Source: an uncultured Eubacteriales bacterium
Lineage (GTDB): Bacteria > Bacillota > Clostridia > Oscillospirales > Oscillospiraceae
Direction: 5' to 3'
NCBI GenBank assembly: GCA_900313925.1
Contig: OMTF01000026.1
Coordinates: forward strand, 1,198-65,197
Length of the DNA: 64,000 nucleotides
This document shows, piece after piece, positions 27,401 through 34,017 of this stretch. A model generated the notes under the pieces. It had not been told where the DNA came from and did not search any database. It was given only the letters and a program-made list of their open reading frames with translations. The position numbers were made by a program, and so were the translations under genes. Each line of letters begins with the position of its first letter. Positions within the stretch are counted from its first letter, which is position 1.

Positions 27401-29705
27401 CGCCGAAACCTCGAAGAAAGTCAAGGTAATCGTTTCAGACAACGGCGACGGAACGATGCACGCCGAGGTCCTCGGAGCAGACACCGAATACGACAATGCC
27501 GCCGCTGTAAAGACGCCCAGAGCCACCACGACCTTTACCAACACCATGAAACCGGTTGTACTGGCGGCCCAGGCTTCGATCAACGGTACACAGACGCTTA
27601 TCGGCCGTGACATGCACGAAGGCGAGAAGTTCCTATATATTCTTGAACCGAAAGACGACGTGACGAAGGAAGCCGTCACAAACAAAAATATTGAACTGAA
27701 CGGAGGTGGAGTTTCTTCCCTCACCGCTTCGGTAGTGAGCGCCAAAGACGAAAGCCCTGCTACGTTCGTCTTTGACCGTGTCGTGTTTAAGACTCCGGGA
27801 ATGTACACGTTCTCGATGCATCAGGAAACGGAATCCGTTTCAACGAACGGAATGACGTTCGACGAGAAATCCTACGAGGTCAAGGTCGTCGTCACGGCAA
27901 ATGACGACGGCAGCCTGAGCTATACGATCGACGGAAATACTCCTTCGTTCGTGAACAAGTACCACAGTTCGGGAATGCATTTGCTGATACCGGAGAAATC
28001 GCTGGAAGGACAGCCGATCGCCGACGAAGGCGATACGTCGGAAAACGGCGGATCGGGTGAACCGGACGGTTCCGGTGAGACATCAGGTGAAGCGCCCGAG
28101 CACACGTTTGAATTTGTGGTAGAGTACGCGCAAGGAAGCATGCAGGGGCAGACAGCCGCATCGGGTTCTGTAACAATGAAACTGGGCGATGAAGCAAAAA
28201 CCGCGCCGATCATTTTGAACTTCTCGAATGACGGGCAGGGCGGTACGATCAACCTGAAAGATCTCGTCGCGAAAAAAACCGCTACGGCATACGACGGAAT
28301 TGCACCGTCGGGAGAACAGGCAAAGTACTATTCGGTTCAGCTCATCATGCGCGAAAAGAGGCCGACTGACGGAACTGCCGATGCCGCGATCGAGTACGCA
28401 TCGAATTCGTTCTCGTTCATCGTTACCCTCGAGGATGCGGGGGACGGCCAATTGACCTCATACACTTCCGGACTCGGAGATCTGAAAGACCTGAGATTCG
28501 TGAACTACTACAAGTCCAACATCGCGCATCTTTCGTTCAGCGGTGTCAAAGCCCTGACCGGCGGCGCGTCTCTTAAGGGAGATGATTTCGAGTTTACGCT
28601 GACCGGAAAAGACGGTGCGCCGATGCCGGAAGGCTCGGAAAACGGCACGAAGACCGTCAGAAACGATGCGGGCGGAGGCGTGGACTTCGGTGAGATAGAC
28701 TTTGACGTCAACGACCTCGGCGGCGCAGCATCAAAGACGTTCACATACATCGTATCGGAGTCGGGCTCCATGCCGGGCGTCAAGAACGACAGTGAAATGG
28801 AAAAAACCGTGAAAGTGACCGTCAGCGACGACGGAAAGGGTGTGCTCACCCTTGCGACAGACCCTGCAGAGGCTACGCTGTTCACGTTCACGAACGATTA
28901 TGTATCTACGCCGGGTGAGAGGTCGGTATCCGACGATATCGAGATCACAAAAGTCATCACAGGACGCGAGCTTGAGGACGGAGAATTCAGATTCGAACTG
29001 AAAGACGCAGCCGGCAATAAGGTCGCCGAGGCGAAGAACACCGCGGACGGTAAAGTCATCTTCCCGGCAATCAAATTTGATAATCCGGGCGTTTACACTT
29101 ACACTGTAGAGGAAGCAAACGACTCGGCCCAGTGGGTGACTTACGACGAAACGAAATACTTTGTGACGGCAACCGTCACCGAGAACTACGATGGCAAGCC
29201 CATGACTGTTAAATGGACGACAGGTACGGATAAACCGGTAACATTCGAGAACACGTACCACGATCTGACGACGCAGAGTATAGCGGCGGCCGTTGCATGG
29301 AAAGCGGACGATGACCACCTCGCGGACAGGCCGGACAGCGTTACGATCACGCTCTTTGCGAACGGCGCTCCGTTCCGGACCGCCACGGTAAGCGCCGCGG
29401 ACGGCTGGCGGTGCACGTTCGACGACCTGCTTATCTATGGAGACGGGAACGAGAAGATTACCTACACAGTGGATGAGACGACCGTCCCGGATAAATATGA
29501 AAAGAGCGTCTCGGGCGACGCGGAGAGAGGGTTCGTCATCACGAACACAAGAAAGGCAGACCCGCCCGCTTCTGCGGAACCGTCTGAAAACGGCGGATCG
29601 GGTGTAAACACAGGAGACACGGGCACTATTGCGGGATGGCTCCTGCTGATGGCCTGCTCCCTGCTCACGGCGCTGACGGCAGCCAGAGAAAAACATCGGA
29701 AATAG
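18405..29705 (+). CDS. giant cell-surface adhesin body
   Basis: A 3766-codon open frame, with these domains in order:
- vWA, with DxSxS-like MDRSSGMS
- CnaB-like and SpaA-like domains
- about 20 domains of about 143 aa each, carrying the conserved Lys (PV.K.L), Glu (Y.Y.I.E) and Asn (F.N.Y) triad of Spy0128/FctA-type isopeptide domains
- a C-terminal CnaB
- GVNTGD, a hydrophobic helix and REKHRK

The TTG at 18405 is only the first in-frame start-like codon, not a credible start. Confidence 0.9.
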   Translation: MGERTSCPPAPVTEKTVVSNGDGSYQLTLSVTGATASQDPVDANVVVIMDRSSGMSNDSEPGAKKIDVEIAAVKKISELIETNNVNDESHVHVAVVDYGATANLSNFGEFEEEGKSWTDSKSDFEDYVNNVSVDSVDITNSYSQGRNWEAALSGALVAANAMQRTDEKGNPVPTYIVFLSQGDPTLRQTAVYPMRSIRYFSQNRDPSTRKPRDNSAWTRPNLPPYGSGWNDPNSYNYAQASSVAEQIVGEGYHLLTVNIFNDSANPKLEVLANEKNVPYYNAPTSAYLQTAIESIKEKIKTPVSYAYKNVKITDTLTDMTASDIEDGVADGEVSYSIKRESDEQAHEWYGAPSLTFEDGKAVWDLGDMELEEGAEYSASFRVWPNQTAYDILADLKNRVKNYDSDLSESEKKQIIQLEDDSGYVIGYGFKTNVDSDSQVDYTHVIRENISELPDGTTPGATYTETRNGIDYTAVYTNNDDGRTYTKTMTAAGQSQLPVPDLIPLEAKQIPVEKIWYDAADNSLRPEEVKLEIFRDDATEGEKSVGERVLNSSNAWSLQVYIAPGLIDKDGNVLNAGHDYYVKEENLNDAYEMFCDPKHPMVVNGNLQSSSTENTPAKLQAENNLKGSLIVTKTVRKAASDLTPDPETEFTFQFSLKESSAEDASAWSGTAKIVNKDDSYTEVPVTDGTEIRIRSSQTIRIDKMPNGTYYEVKEVRLPDGYTLDELKGSEGTTSDLANLTISGEAKTLTTQNLVFNNMYTAAPVDITIPVHKHVSGEDVPDITGAYTFTLTASEGAPLPRVQSKTNPDADGGKILFGTDDDKITFTKKGEYIYTVTETNTPEKTIPGMTNDPAYQRNIGVVIEDDGKGHLTAKLTMTKSDSDGCESFTNTYLSQDAKVSIPVSKGLEVPDGLTGPDITGKYKFTLTAVSASLDDGRALAAADMPMPASGGESVLNSESRGGNMTFGEIAFDEPGQYTYQITESNNTSDGRALPGVTNDSESTKTVVVTVTASNTVIEGKNVRILSATLPTTTFINKYSAAQVSASVPVKKMLDSTTGFKPDIAGKYTFYLATTDPDMPMPEGTQTLSDGTRYVTVTNPDSDGGTASFPAITFTKEGTYDYAVRETGKVAGVTNDANPVRRVSIVVVDDTKGNLYIDDAKSIGLSEPTTFTNKYSVSSVMGSITLKKTLACDAGLTPPDISNAYTFRITALTDGAPMLDGAGTGTDDDGHRYVTVTNPDKDGGTISVNNLAFTREGTYRYKVEETGSKAGVENDSTPVRYIQFVVTDEHDGTLSVKIKTTDADGGNATDVPDNTVEFVNTYSVKGVTINASVRKTLSVPSGFTAPDVTGKFTFTLSASGDVPMPEGSQTSSQGVTAKAVVNPDADGGTASFGDITFTKPGTYKYGISENSDNSLNDIIQNDAANPKIATATVTDNSDGTLRVVVTSTYKDVLGNDTTVTLYDSKTSESAEPVSFTNTYKLPDPVTCIIPVTKEIDRPAGSNPESIKNDFTFSIEADSAGAPLPAENTSITNPDDEGGTAEFGAISFTSPGTYRYKITESNTDPANPPEGFTEDENNPKYVTVVVTDNKNGSMNAKLYGADTVWNSDGTVKEEYSSTTFINKYDTSAVLVNIPVTKAIDSAEGTSHQDATGLFSFTLTAGRNDAGVETPMPSGEGNVAYNPDSDGGTAYFGSITYSKVGVYHYTIKENDTDTETGGFTYDKSEKEVIVTVSDNGQGQLVAEIQGADSTTDKTVSSTTFTNSYTSKGTYGFTAAKKLNALNGTTGPDITNKFRFTLTADDASNPMPSGSITASDGTVSKTVEGPNEAGYVVFGSAEFTKEGEYSYTIRESGGSLPGVENDTAEKKITLSVKDGGMGKMNITVKDGSDKPAFENTYAAEGTAEISVSKKLSGVPSGAAVDISSKYRFTLTADEGTPLPETTSYTNPDSDGGTVKFSGIKYTSPGQYTYTITESNEGDAVPGETNDANSSRTVVVKVTDNKDGTLMTRVTGDTTFTNVYKADPVNVSIPVRKGIDNPQNVILPDFTGDFTFTLTGEDNAPLPEVTVLTNPMERGGDLTFGSIEFTEAGTYTYKIKETSTKDEATTAVIFDSEPERTVTVVVTDDGSGRLSAAVYEGSAETGSEITAESPLTFNNTFSPAVIQVRAYKTLLGRNMMPGEKFTFRIEPGDESTLESLRDDQIALTDGTTPANYLETTVSNLTDGHKTVFSFGSAIFREPGDYYFKVTEVVPADADKKPNVTYDSSEQYLKITVTQNADKTLSAAASTVAKGSDGSWSDDTDGTGFVNKYIVSTVSEKPWISKIARSSPDDTGVAVPFNAGDFTFTAYYKKGELENTPVSSVTNPDDSADGSDRFEFNHIEFFTADAPAGEFTLQELVDKGTAEKTVTADGVTTYKIDYIIKETEEPDQYTTNDQGYSFQMVVTDDGKGNLTVAQDPDYDFEFDNYLKSAAVRVTLDGRKTLSGRELKQGEVTFRLEPADNANPMPSEGTETDADGKKYKTSTNVVGGEVHFGNIVFTQDNMVGVPVNGYRDFKYTVSEAPTTAGSMPNVTFQDPEEFTIRVFKKIKEGSTSDFVLDYEILDKDGNKVKTAFIFENVYTPEPATATIKAYKALETTNSAGLTWKSFSGKFSFILEAANNDAGVQTPMPENGVKTDEDGDRYVVVTLTDTSANGAPLTEPACVEFDSIKFEKPGIYNYLITETGNSGGVTNDRDTERRIAVRVTDDPSTGRLSAKVYNENGIPKSEDVSSRTTFTNKYATAPATAVITVTKKLSVPEGTNGPSDIAGKFTFTLRPGTNTAEGSIETPMPEGSPSDSEGVYATVTNPDKDGGTASYGSIKFEKPGVYTYTISESGTADGILNDSEKTVTVTVTDLGNGKLKADVTEQATFTNSYSVKPVSAELTVTCALKSSTPRIELLNIKDQYTYTIGTATRGPSAPMPEKTVIKNTSDSADENGRGTYSFGNVEFTAPGTYVYLITQSGNIPGVVNDAETSKKVKVIVSDNGDGTMHAEVLGADTEYDNAAAVKTPRATTTFTNTMKPVVLAAQASINGTQTLIGRDMHEGEKFLYILEPKDDVTKEAVTNKNIELNGGGVSSLTASVVSAKDESPATFVFDRVVFKTPGMYTFSMHQETESVSTNGMTFDEKSYEVKVVVTANDDGSLSYTIDGNTPSFVNKYHSSGMHLLIPEKSLEGQPIADEGDTSENGGSGEPDGSGETSGEAPEHTFEFVVEYAQGSMQGQTAASGSVTMKLGDEAKTAPIILNFSNDGQGGTINLKDLVAKKTATAYDGIAPSGEQAKYYSVQLIMREKRPTDGTADAAIEYASNSFSFIVTLEDAGDGQLTSYTSGLGDLKDLRFVNYYKSNIAHLSFSGVKALTGGASLKGDDFEFTLTGKDGAPMPEGSENGTKTVRNDAGGGVDFGEIDFDVNDLGGAASKTFTYIVSESGSMPGVKNDSEMEKTVKVTVSDDGKGVLTLATDPAEATLFTFTNDYVSTPGERSVSDDIEITKVITGRELEDGEFRFELKDAAGNKVAEAKNTADGKVIFPAIKFDNPGVYTYTVEEANDSAQWVTYDETKYFVTATVTENYDGKPMTVKWTTGTDKPVTFENTYHDLTTQSIAAAVAWKADDDHLADRPDSVTITLFANGAPFRTATVSAADGWRCTFDDLLIYGDGNEKITYTVDETTVPDKYEKSVSGDAERGFVITNTRKADPPASAEPSENGGSGVNTGDTGTIAGWLLLMACSLLTALTAAREKHRK
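20679..29258 (+). repeat. array of about 20 tandem, DNA-divergent FctA-type domain repeats inside the adhesin gene
   Basis: 20 consecutive units are bounded by the F-x-N-x-Y motif. The average unit is 429 nt. I saw no long identical DNA copies. Confidence 0.85.
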
Positions 29706-29746
29706 AGTCGGACCACATTTCCGGTAAAAGCAAATACTTGACAGAC

Positions 29747-29792
29747 TGCGAAGCCACGTGCACACATACTGCCCGTGACTTCGCATTTTTTA
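29747..29792 (+). terminator. intrinsic terminator after the adhesin gene
   Basis: CTGCGAAGCCACG ... CGTGACTTCGCA followed by TTTTTT. Confidence 0.7.
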
Positions 29793-30323
29793 AGCACTGC
29801 CTCCGGTTATAAAGAGGCGACGGCGTTTTCCCCCCGCGTTACGCTTTTTCTGTATCATCAAGAGATTCAGCACGATCGTACGTTCGAGAGAAGTGACGAC
29901 CGCAGCAGGCGGAGTCCGCGCCAGGCCAATGTTTCCGGTTGCAGCGCCGAAGATGCATAGGGCCGGACTATCCAAGATCCCTTGATAGCAAATCGAGAAC
30001 CAGAGTGAAGGCACCGCTGCGCCGACTGCCTGTGGGGCGTTGAGCAGGGTGTAGTAGAAGCCGAACAGCCGCGCCGTCGAAAGCATGATCCGGGAGAATG
30101 TGACACCGGGGGCGAGTGCGTCAGGCGTCGACAGGAACACCTGCACGTTCGGACGGACGAAAACGCAGGAAAGAAATGTCACGGAGCTGCATGCAAGAAG
30201 ACTGAAAACCGCAGTGAGCTGCAGCAGTTTTTTCAAACAATCCATGCTATCGGATCCGTAACAGAGGCTGAGCAGAGGCTGGCCATCCTTGCCTATGCCG
30301 ATCCCAATCAGAGAGACAATCAT
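29790..30323 (-). CDS. hypothetical integral membrane protein (about 4 TM), family not recognised
   Basis: ORF with hydrophobic segments (LLQLTAVFSLLACSSVTFLSCVFV, LFGFYYTLLNAPQAVGAAVPSLWFSICY, ALCIFGAATGNIGLA). The start is uncertain (30377, 30323 or 30245). It lies directly downstream of the phosphoesterase gene. Confidence 0.4.
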   Translation of the reverse strand: MIVSLIGIGIGKDGQPLLSLCYGSDSMDCLKKLLQLTAVFSLLACSSVTFLSCVFVRPNVQVFLSTPDALAPGVTFSRIMLSTARLFGFYYTLLNAPQAVGAAVPSLWFSICYQGILDSPALCIFGAATGNIGLARTPPAAVVTSLERTIVLNLLMIQKKRNAGGKRRRLFITGGSA

Positions 30324-30336
30324 CAAAGAATTGCGC

Positions 30337-32331
30337 TCACTCCGAATGCGGCGAAGGAATGCTCTTTCCGGGAACAACCGCTTTCACAGCCCGATCCACG
30401 GCGCTGAAGTCCTTGTAAGCCGCCGGATCGAGTGCTTTCGCTTTCGCGATGGCCGCGTTGACGGCGGAGTAGTCCGCCTCTTTGAACTGCAAACCGGCAA
30501 TAGCGGATTCAATAGCTTTCGCATACCCATCGACCGTGGACTGCTCGTTTTCAAGCTTGTTGCGGACGACGGCGTTCACGGCATCGGATACCGGTGTGAA
30601 GTCCTTGTACAGATCCGGATTCAGGCCGCTTGCGGCTTCGATTGCGTTATCGACAGCCGAATAATCCGCGGGATCGTAGTGGTAGATGGTGAAAGAATCC
30701 ACATTCGAAAGATCCGTAACCCGCTTCGTAGTGATTGTAAATTCATTGTCGGAAACGGTTACCACGGAGAAGTTTGGAACTCTTTCCTGATTCTTGACCC
30801 TGGCATAGGCAAATTCATCGTTCCGAATAGTGTAGTACTTGCTGCCGGAACCGGAGTTTGCCGTCATATACAGAATTCCGGTAGGATTGGTAATGCTTGT
30901 GTAATCCGGATTGTCGTAGAGACTTGCGTCTGTCATCGGTGTCGTGCCGTCCATCATATAGGAGCGAACATACACGTGGTCATGGCCCATCAGAACGACA
31001 TCGATATCCAGGTCTTTGAAAACGGGAGCCAGCTCGTTGCGGCGGGCGAGGATATCATCGTCATAGGCGTGACTTGCAACACTGAAAAGCGAATGGTGCA
31101 TGACAGCGATTTTCCAGGCAGCGCTCGAATTCTTCTGGATCGCGTCCTGCATAAACGCTTTATGCTCCGCCGTGCTCATGTTATTGTCATTCAGCTGCAG
31201 GAAGAGCACGTTGTTATAGGTAAACCAGGAGTCACCACCGGCAGCGGTGCGGCCGTAGTCACTTTCGTTGGCAATATTGTAGTGCTGATCGTAGGACGAA
31301 GAGCTGCTGTCATGGTTTCCGACAACGGTCGGGTTAATAATGCTGGGCATGTAGGTGCTGTTGAGGTATCCGGCATACTGCTCTTCGCTGCTGGCTGTAT
31401 TTACCTGGTCACCCGCAGAAAGCAGGAATGCGGAATTGGGGAAGTTCTCCGACATGACTTTCAGGGAGTTTGCCCAGGCGGCGGCGTCGGACTCATTGCT
31501 GCCGCCGGCACCGATCTGCGGGTCGCCGACATACAGGAATGTAAAAGCGCCCGCGGGCTGCGTCCGGAAGCTGTATACAGGGGATTCGGAAGATCCATTG
31601 ACAAGCTGGTAGCTGTAGGCCGTGTCCGCGGCAAGATCGCTCAGGGTTGCCTTGAAATAATGGTAGCCGAGTTTGTTTGCAAGGCCGCTATTCGCGGAAG
31701 CGGTTTTCGCGGATTCCGGAAGGGCACCGTTTACAAGCTGCGACGTAGGAGCGTACCGTACAGTGCCGGCTTCGTCCGAGTCCGCATACCAGTTGATGTT
31801 GACCTGAGAGGCGTCCGTTCCCGGAGTCAGGCTGATGGAATCCTGCTTTGCAGCCGGTGCTTCGGTAGAAAAGCGGAGATCCGTGAAATCAAGATAGATA
31901 TCGGAGCTGGATTCCCGGCCCTGATGCAGTTCTACGGCAACAGTGTTGCTGCCGTTCTGGAGCATGGAAGTATCTGTAACCAGAATTTCGCCGGTCTTCG
32001 GGCTTCCTGCGTTGGAACCGCCGTAGGAAAGGTTCGAGGAGAATCCTCCGCTGGGCTCATCAAACGCGGCGACCTTTACACCGTTGATATACACAATGGC
32101 GCTGTCATCGTAGAGCAGGCTTCCGGTCAGGCGCTTAATGCTTGCGGCGTCGCTAACGGTAATCGTCGTCCGGAAGAAGTACGCGGGAATATCTTTTCCG
32201 GAAGCGTCATCGTACTGCTTGAGAAGGGTGTTCGGCGTGCAGCCCCCTCCCAGGCTTGCGATGGCGCCGTTTTTCGCGCCGAAGCTTCCAACTCCGCTTT
32301 TCCAGGCGGAATCATCGAAGCTCGTCTTGGT
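30337..32331 (-). pseudogene. secreted purple-acid-phosphatase-like metallophosphoesterase, main segment downstream of the in-frame TGA
   Basis: The frame is open from the TGA to 30337. It contains:
- a galactose-binding-like N-domain (FDDSAWKSG...YFFRTTITV...DDSAIVYINGV...AVELHQ)
- an FN3-like PAP N-domain
- metallophosphatase motifs (GDPQ, GDQVN, GNHD, MHH, GHDH)
- two C-terminal ADYSAV..A..L.P..YKDF helical repeats. Confidence 0.85.
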
Positions 32332-32517
32332 TCAATCCGTACGGTCCGGCAGGGCTGCCGCCGGATCCGTGCTGTCGTCCAGGTAGCGCCAGGTGGTGCT
32401 GGATGAAATCAGGACATTGCCGTTGTCCGGATTTCCTGCCTGCACGAAGCCGATGCTGCTGAGCGTCAGAACGAGACACAGGAGCAGCGTCAGCACGGGC
32501 ATCAGTTTCTTCTTCAT
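32332..32517 (-). pseudogene. N-terminal segment (signal peptide plus 40 aa) of the same phosphoesterase gene, ending in an in-frame TGA
   Basis: SD AAGGAGGGAGAATA precedes the ATG. MKKKLMPVLTLLLCLVLTLSSIGFVQA is a signal peptide. This segment is in the same reading frame as 30337-32331. Confidence 0.85.
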
Positions 32518-32586
32518 TATTCTCCCTCCTTGGGATGGGCCCGGAACAGATGCGAAGTTCCGGACGCAACAGAAATGGAATTTATG

Positions 32587-33783
32587 CTAACGCGGAGATT
32601 CTTCCCGCGGAAGCGGACAGAGGGGAGCCTCGGTTCCTTCCCGCTCGGGAGCTTTGGCGGCGCTCCATGCTGATTTAAGGGCAAGAGCAGAAAGTGCCGC
32701 GGAAAGCGGAACGGAGAGAATAACGGCGGCGGTTCCGCACAGACCGTGCGCGATTTCCACGGCTGCAAAGTCTGAGCTGAGAATCTGCAGCGGCTGCACG
32801 CCGTAGGAGAACAGTACAAGCATCGTTGAAAGGGAGGAACCGGCAAAGGCCAGAATCAACGTATTGGACATTGTGCCCATCATGTCCCTTCCGACGTTCA
32901 TTCCGGAGCGGAAGAGGTCCCGTGGGCGGAGCGAAGGATTTCGATCATGAATTTCGAACACCGCGGCGACCAGGGAAACGGCGACATCCATCACGGCGCC
33001 AAGAGAGGCGATCATCGCGGCGGCAAACAGAAGATGTGCAAGATCCAGTCCGGAGAACTGGGTAATCAGCAGAAGGCTGTCGACATTTTCGTCAACAAAG
33101 CCGCTGATATGCAAAATGGCGGAAAAAACGGCAAACAGCCCCGCGGACAGAGTCTCTCCGATCAGAACAACTGCGGCGGAGGTCAGGCTTTTCCGCCCGA
33201 TGCCGCTGATAAGGCCGATGGAAACGAGCGTGAGCAGGAAGACCGTGGCAATTGTTACCAGAAGTACGGAGTGCCCGCCGTAGATGGCAGGAACTGTGAA
33301 GCGCAGAAGAAAGATAAGGGAAAAAGCCAACGCGGCGAGGCTGAAAAAGCCTCTTTTCCCGCCGACCAAAAGCATCAGCGCCGCGAAGACAAGGCAGACG
33401 GCCAGAATGCTGCCGGATCGATCATAATTGAAAAGGCTGTAGTAGGGCGCGGTATTGGCGGGCGCGTCAATGCAGACAATCACCCGAGTGCCGACTCGCA
33501 CGCGAATATAATGCGTGTCGGAAAGGCTGTTTGAAAGTTCGACTGTTTCGCCGCCGAGGTCTACAGTGACGTTCTGGGTACCCAGCGTCCGGCCGGAGTA
33601 GGGGCTGCGCTGCTGATCGGCCGCGTCGGTCACGGCGGTTACGACGCCGCGCTTGTAGCTGCGGGTCGATGCGTCTACGGAAAGGTAGCGCTCCGGCAAA
33701 GGCTGCACAAGCAGAAGCAAAGCGGCAATCAGAGCCAGAAGGAGGACGCAGAGGCGGGACTGCGTCGAAAGAAACCGCTTCAT
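32587..33783 (-). CDS. YibE/F-family membrane protein
   Basis: 398 aa. An N-terminal TM is followed by an extracytoplasmic domain (YKRGVVTAV...QNVTVDLGGETVEL) and then about 7 TM segments, as in YibE/F-like proteins. Confidence 0.8.
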   Translation of the reverse strand: MKRFLSTQSRLCVLLLALIAALLLLVQPLPERYLSVDASTRSYKRGVVTAVTDAADQQRSPYSGRTLGTQNVTVDLGGETVELSNSLSDTHYIRVRVGTRVIVCIDAPANTAPYYSLFNYDRSGSILAVCLVFAALMLLVGGKRGFFSLAALAFSLIFLLRFTVPAIYGGHSVLLVTIATVFLLTLVSIGLISGIGRKSLTSAAVVLIGETLSAGLFAVFSAILHISGFVDENVDSLLLITQFSGLDLAHLLFAAAMIASLGAVMDVAVSLVAAVFEIHDRNPSLRPRDLFRSGMNVGRDMMGTMSNTLILAFAGSSLSTMLVLFSYGVQPLQILSSDFAAVEIAHGLCGTAAVILSVPLSAALSALALKSAWSAAKAPEREGTEAPLCPLPREESPR

Positions 33784-33933
33784 AAAAGCCTCCTTTTGCC
33801 TGCAGAAGATTTAAGCAACCATAGTATAGCGGGCAAAAGAAAAATTCAGAGATGTTCTGAGGTTAAACGTGCGTAAACTTTTCAGCGGGATCGTAAAGCG
33901 GATTTTACAACCTCATCCGGGGAAAAGAAAAAG

Positions 33934-33962
33934 CTGACAGCCGACAGCACTTCGGGTATAAT
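33934..33962 (+). promoter_or_regulatory. sigma-A type promoter
   Basis: CTGACA-N17-TATAAT, 55 nt upstream of the start at 34018. Confidence 0.5.
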
Positions 33963-34017
33963 CAAGGCACGAAAAAGGAAGAAGGCGGCGGGAAACGTCG
34001 TCTGCGAGATTGCGTCT

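Noticed and set aside
20679-29258. The roughly 430-bp periodicity as a CRISPR-like or satellite array.
   Set aside because: The periodicity is at the protein-domain level inside one continuous ORF. The units are not identical at DNA level and there is no repeat-spacer structure.
22175-29786. Long minus-strand ORFs inside the adhesin gene: 22175-23050, 24048-25055, 26975-27808 and 28731-29786.
   Set aside because: These are shadow ORFs antisense to a clearly coding, domain-structured frame. Their translations are Arg/Ser/Val-rich low-complexity sequence with no start signals.
32332-32334. Selenocysteine (TGA) or pyrrolysine (TAG at 53468) recoding, or an alternative genetic code.
   Set aside because: - TGA and TAG act as ordinary stops for other genes in the window.
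- The two events use different codons.
- The sequence contexts are not Cys-like or methyltransferase-like.
- No sel or pyl genes are visible.

This stays open only as something a genome-wide search could overturn.
30289-32406. A 705-aa plus-strand ORF.
   Set aside because: It is antisense to the metallophosphoesterase frame, which carries unmistakable catalytic motifs. The translation is Gly/Arg/Val-rich with no recognisable domain.
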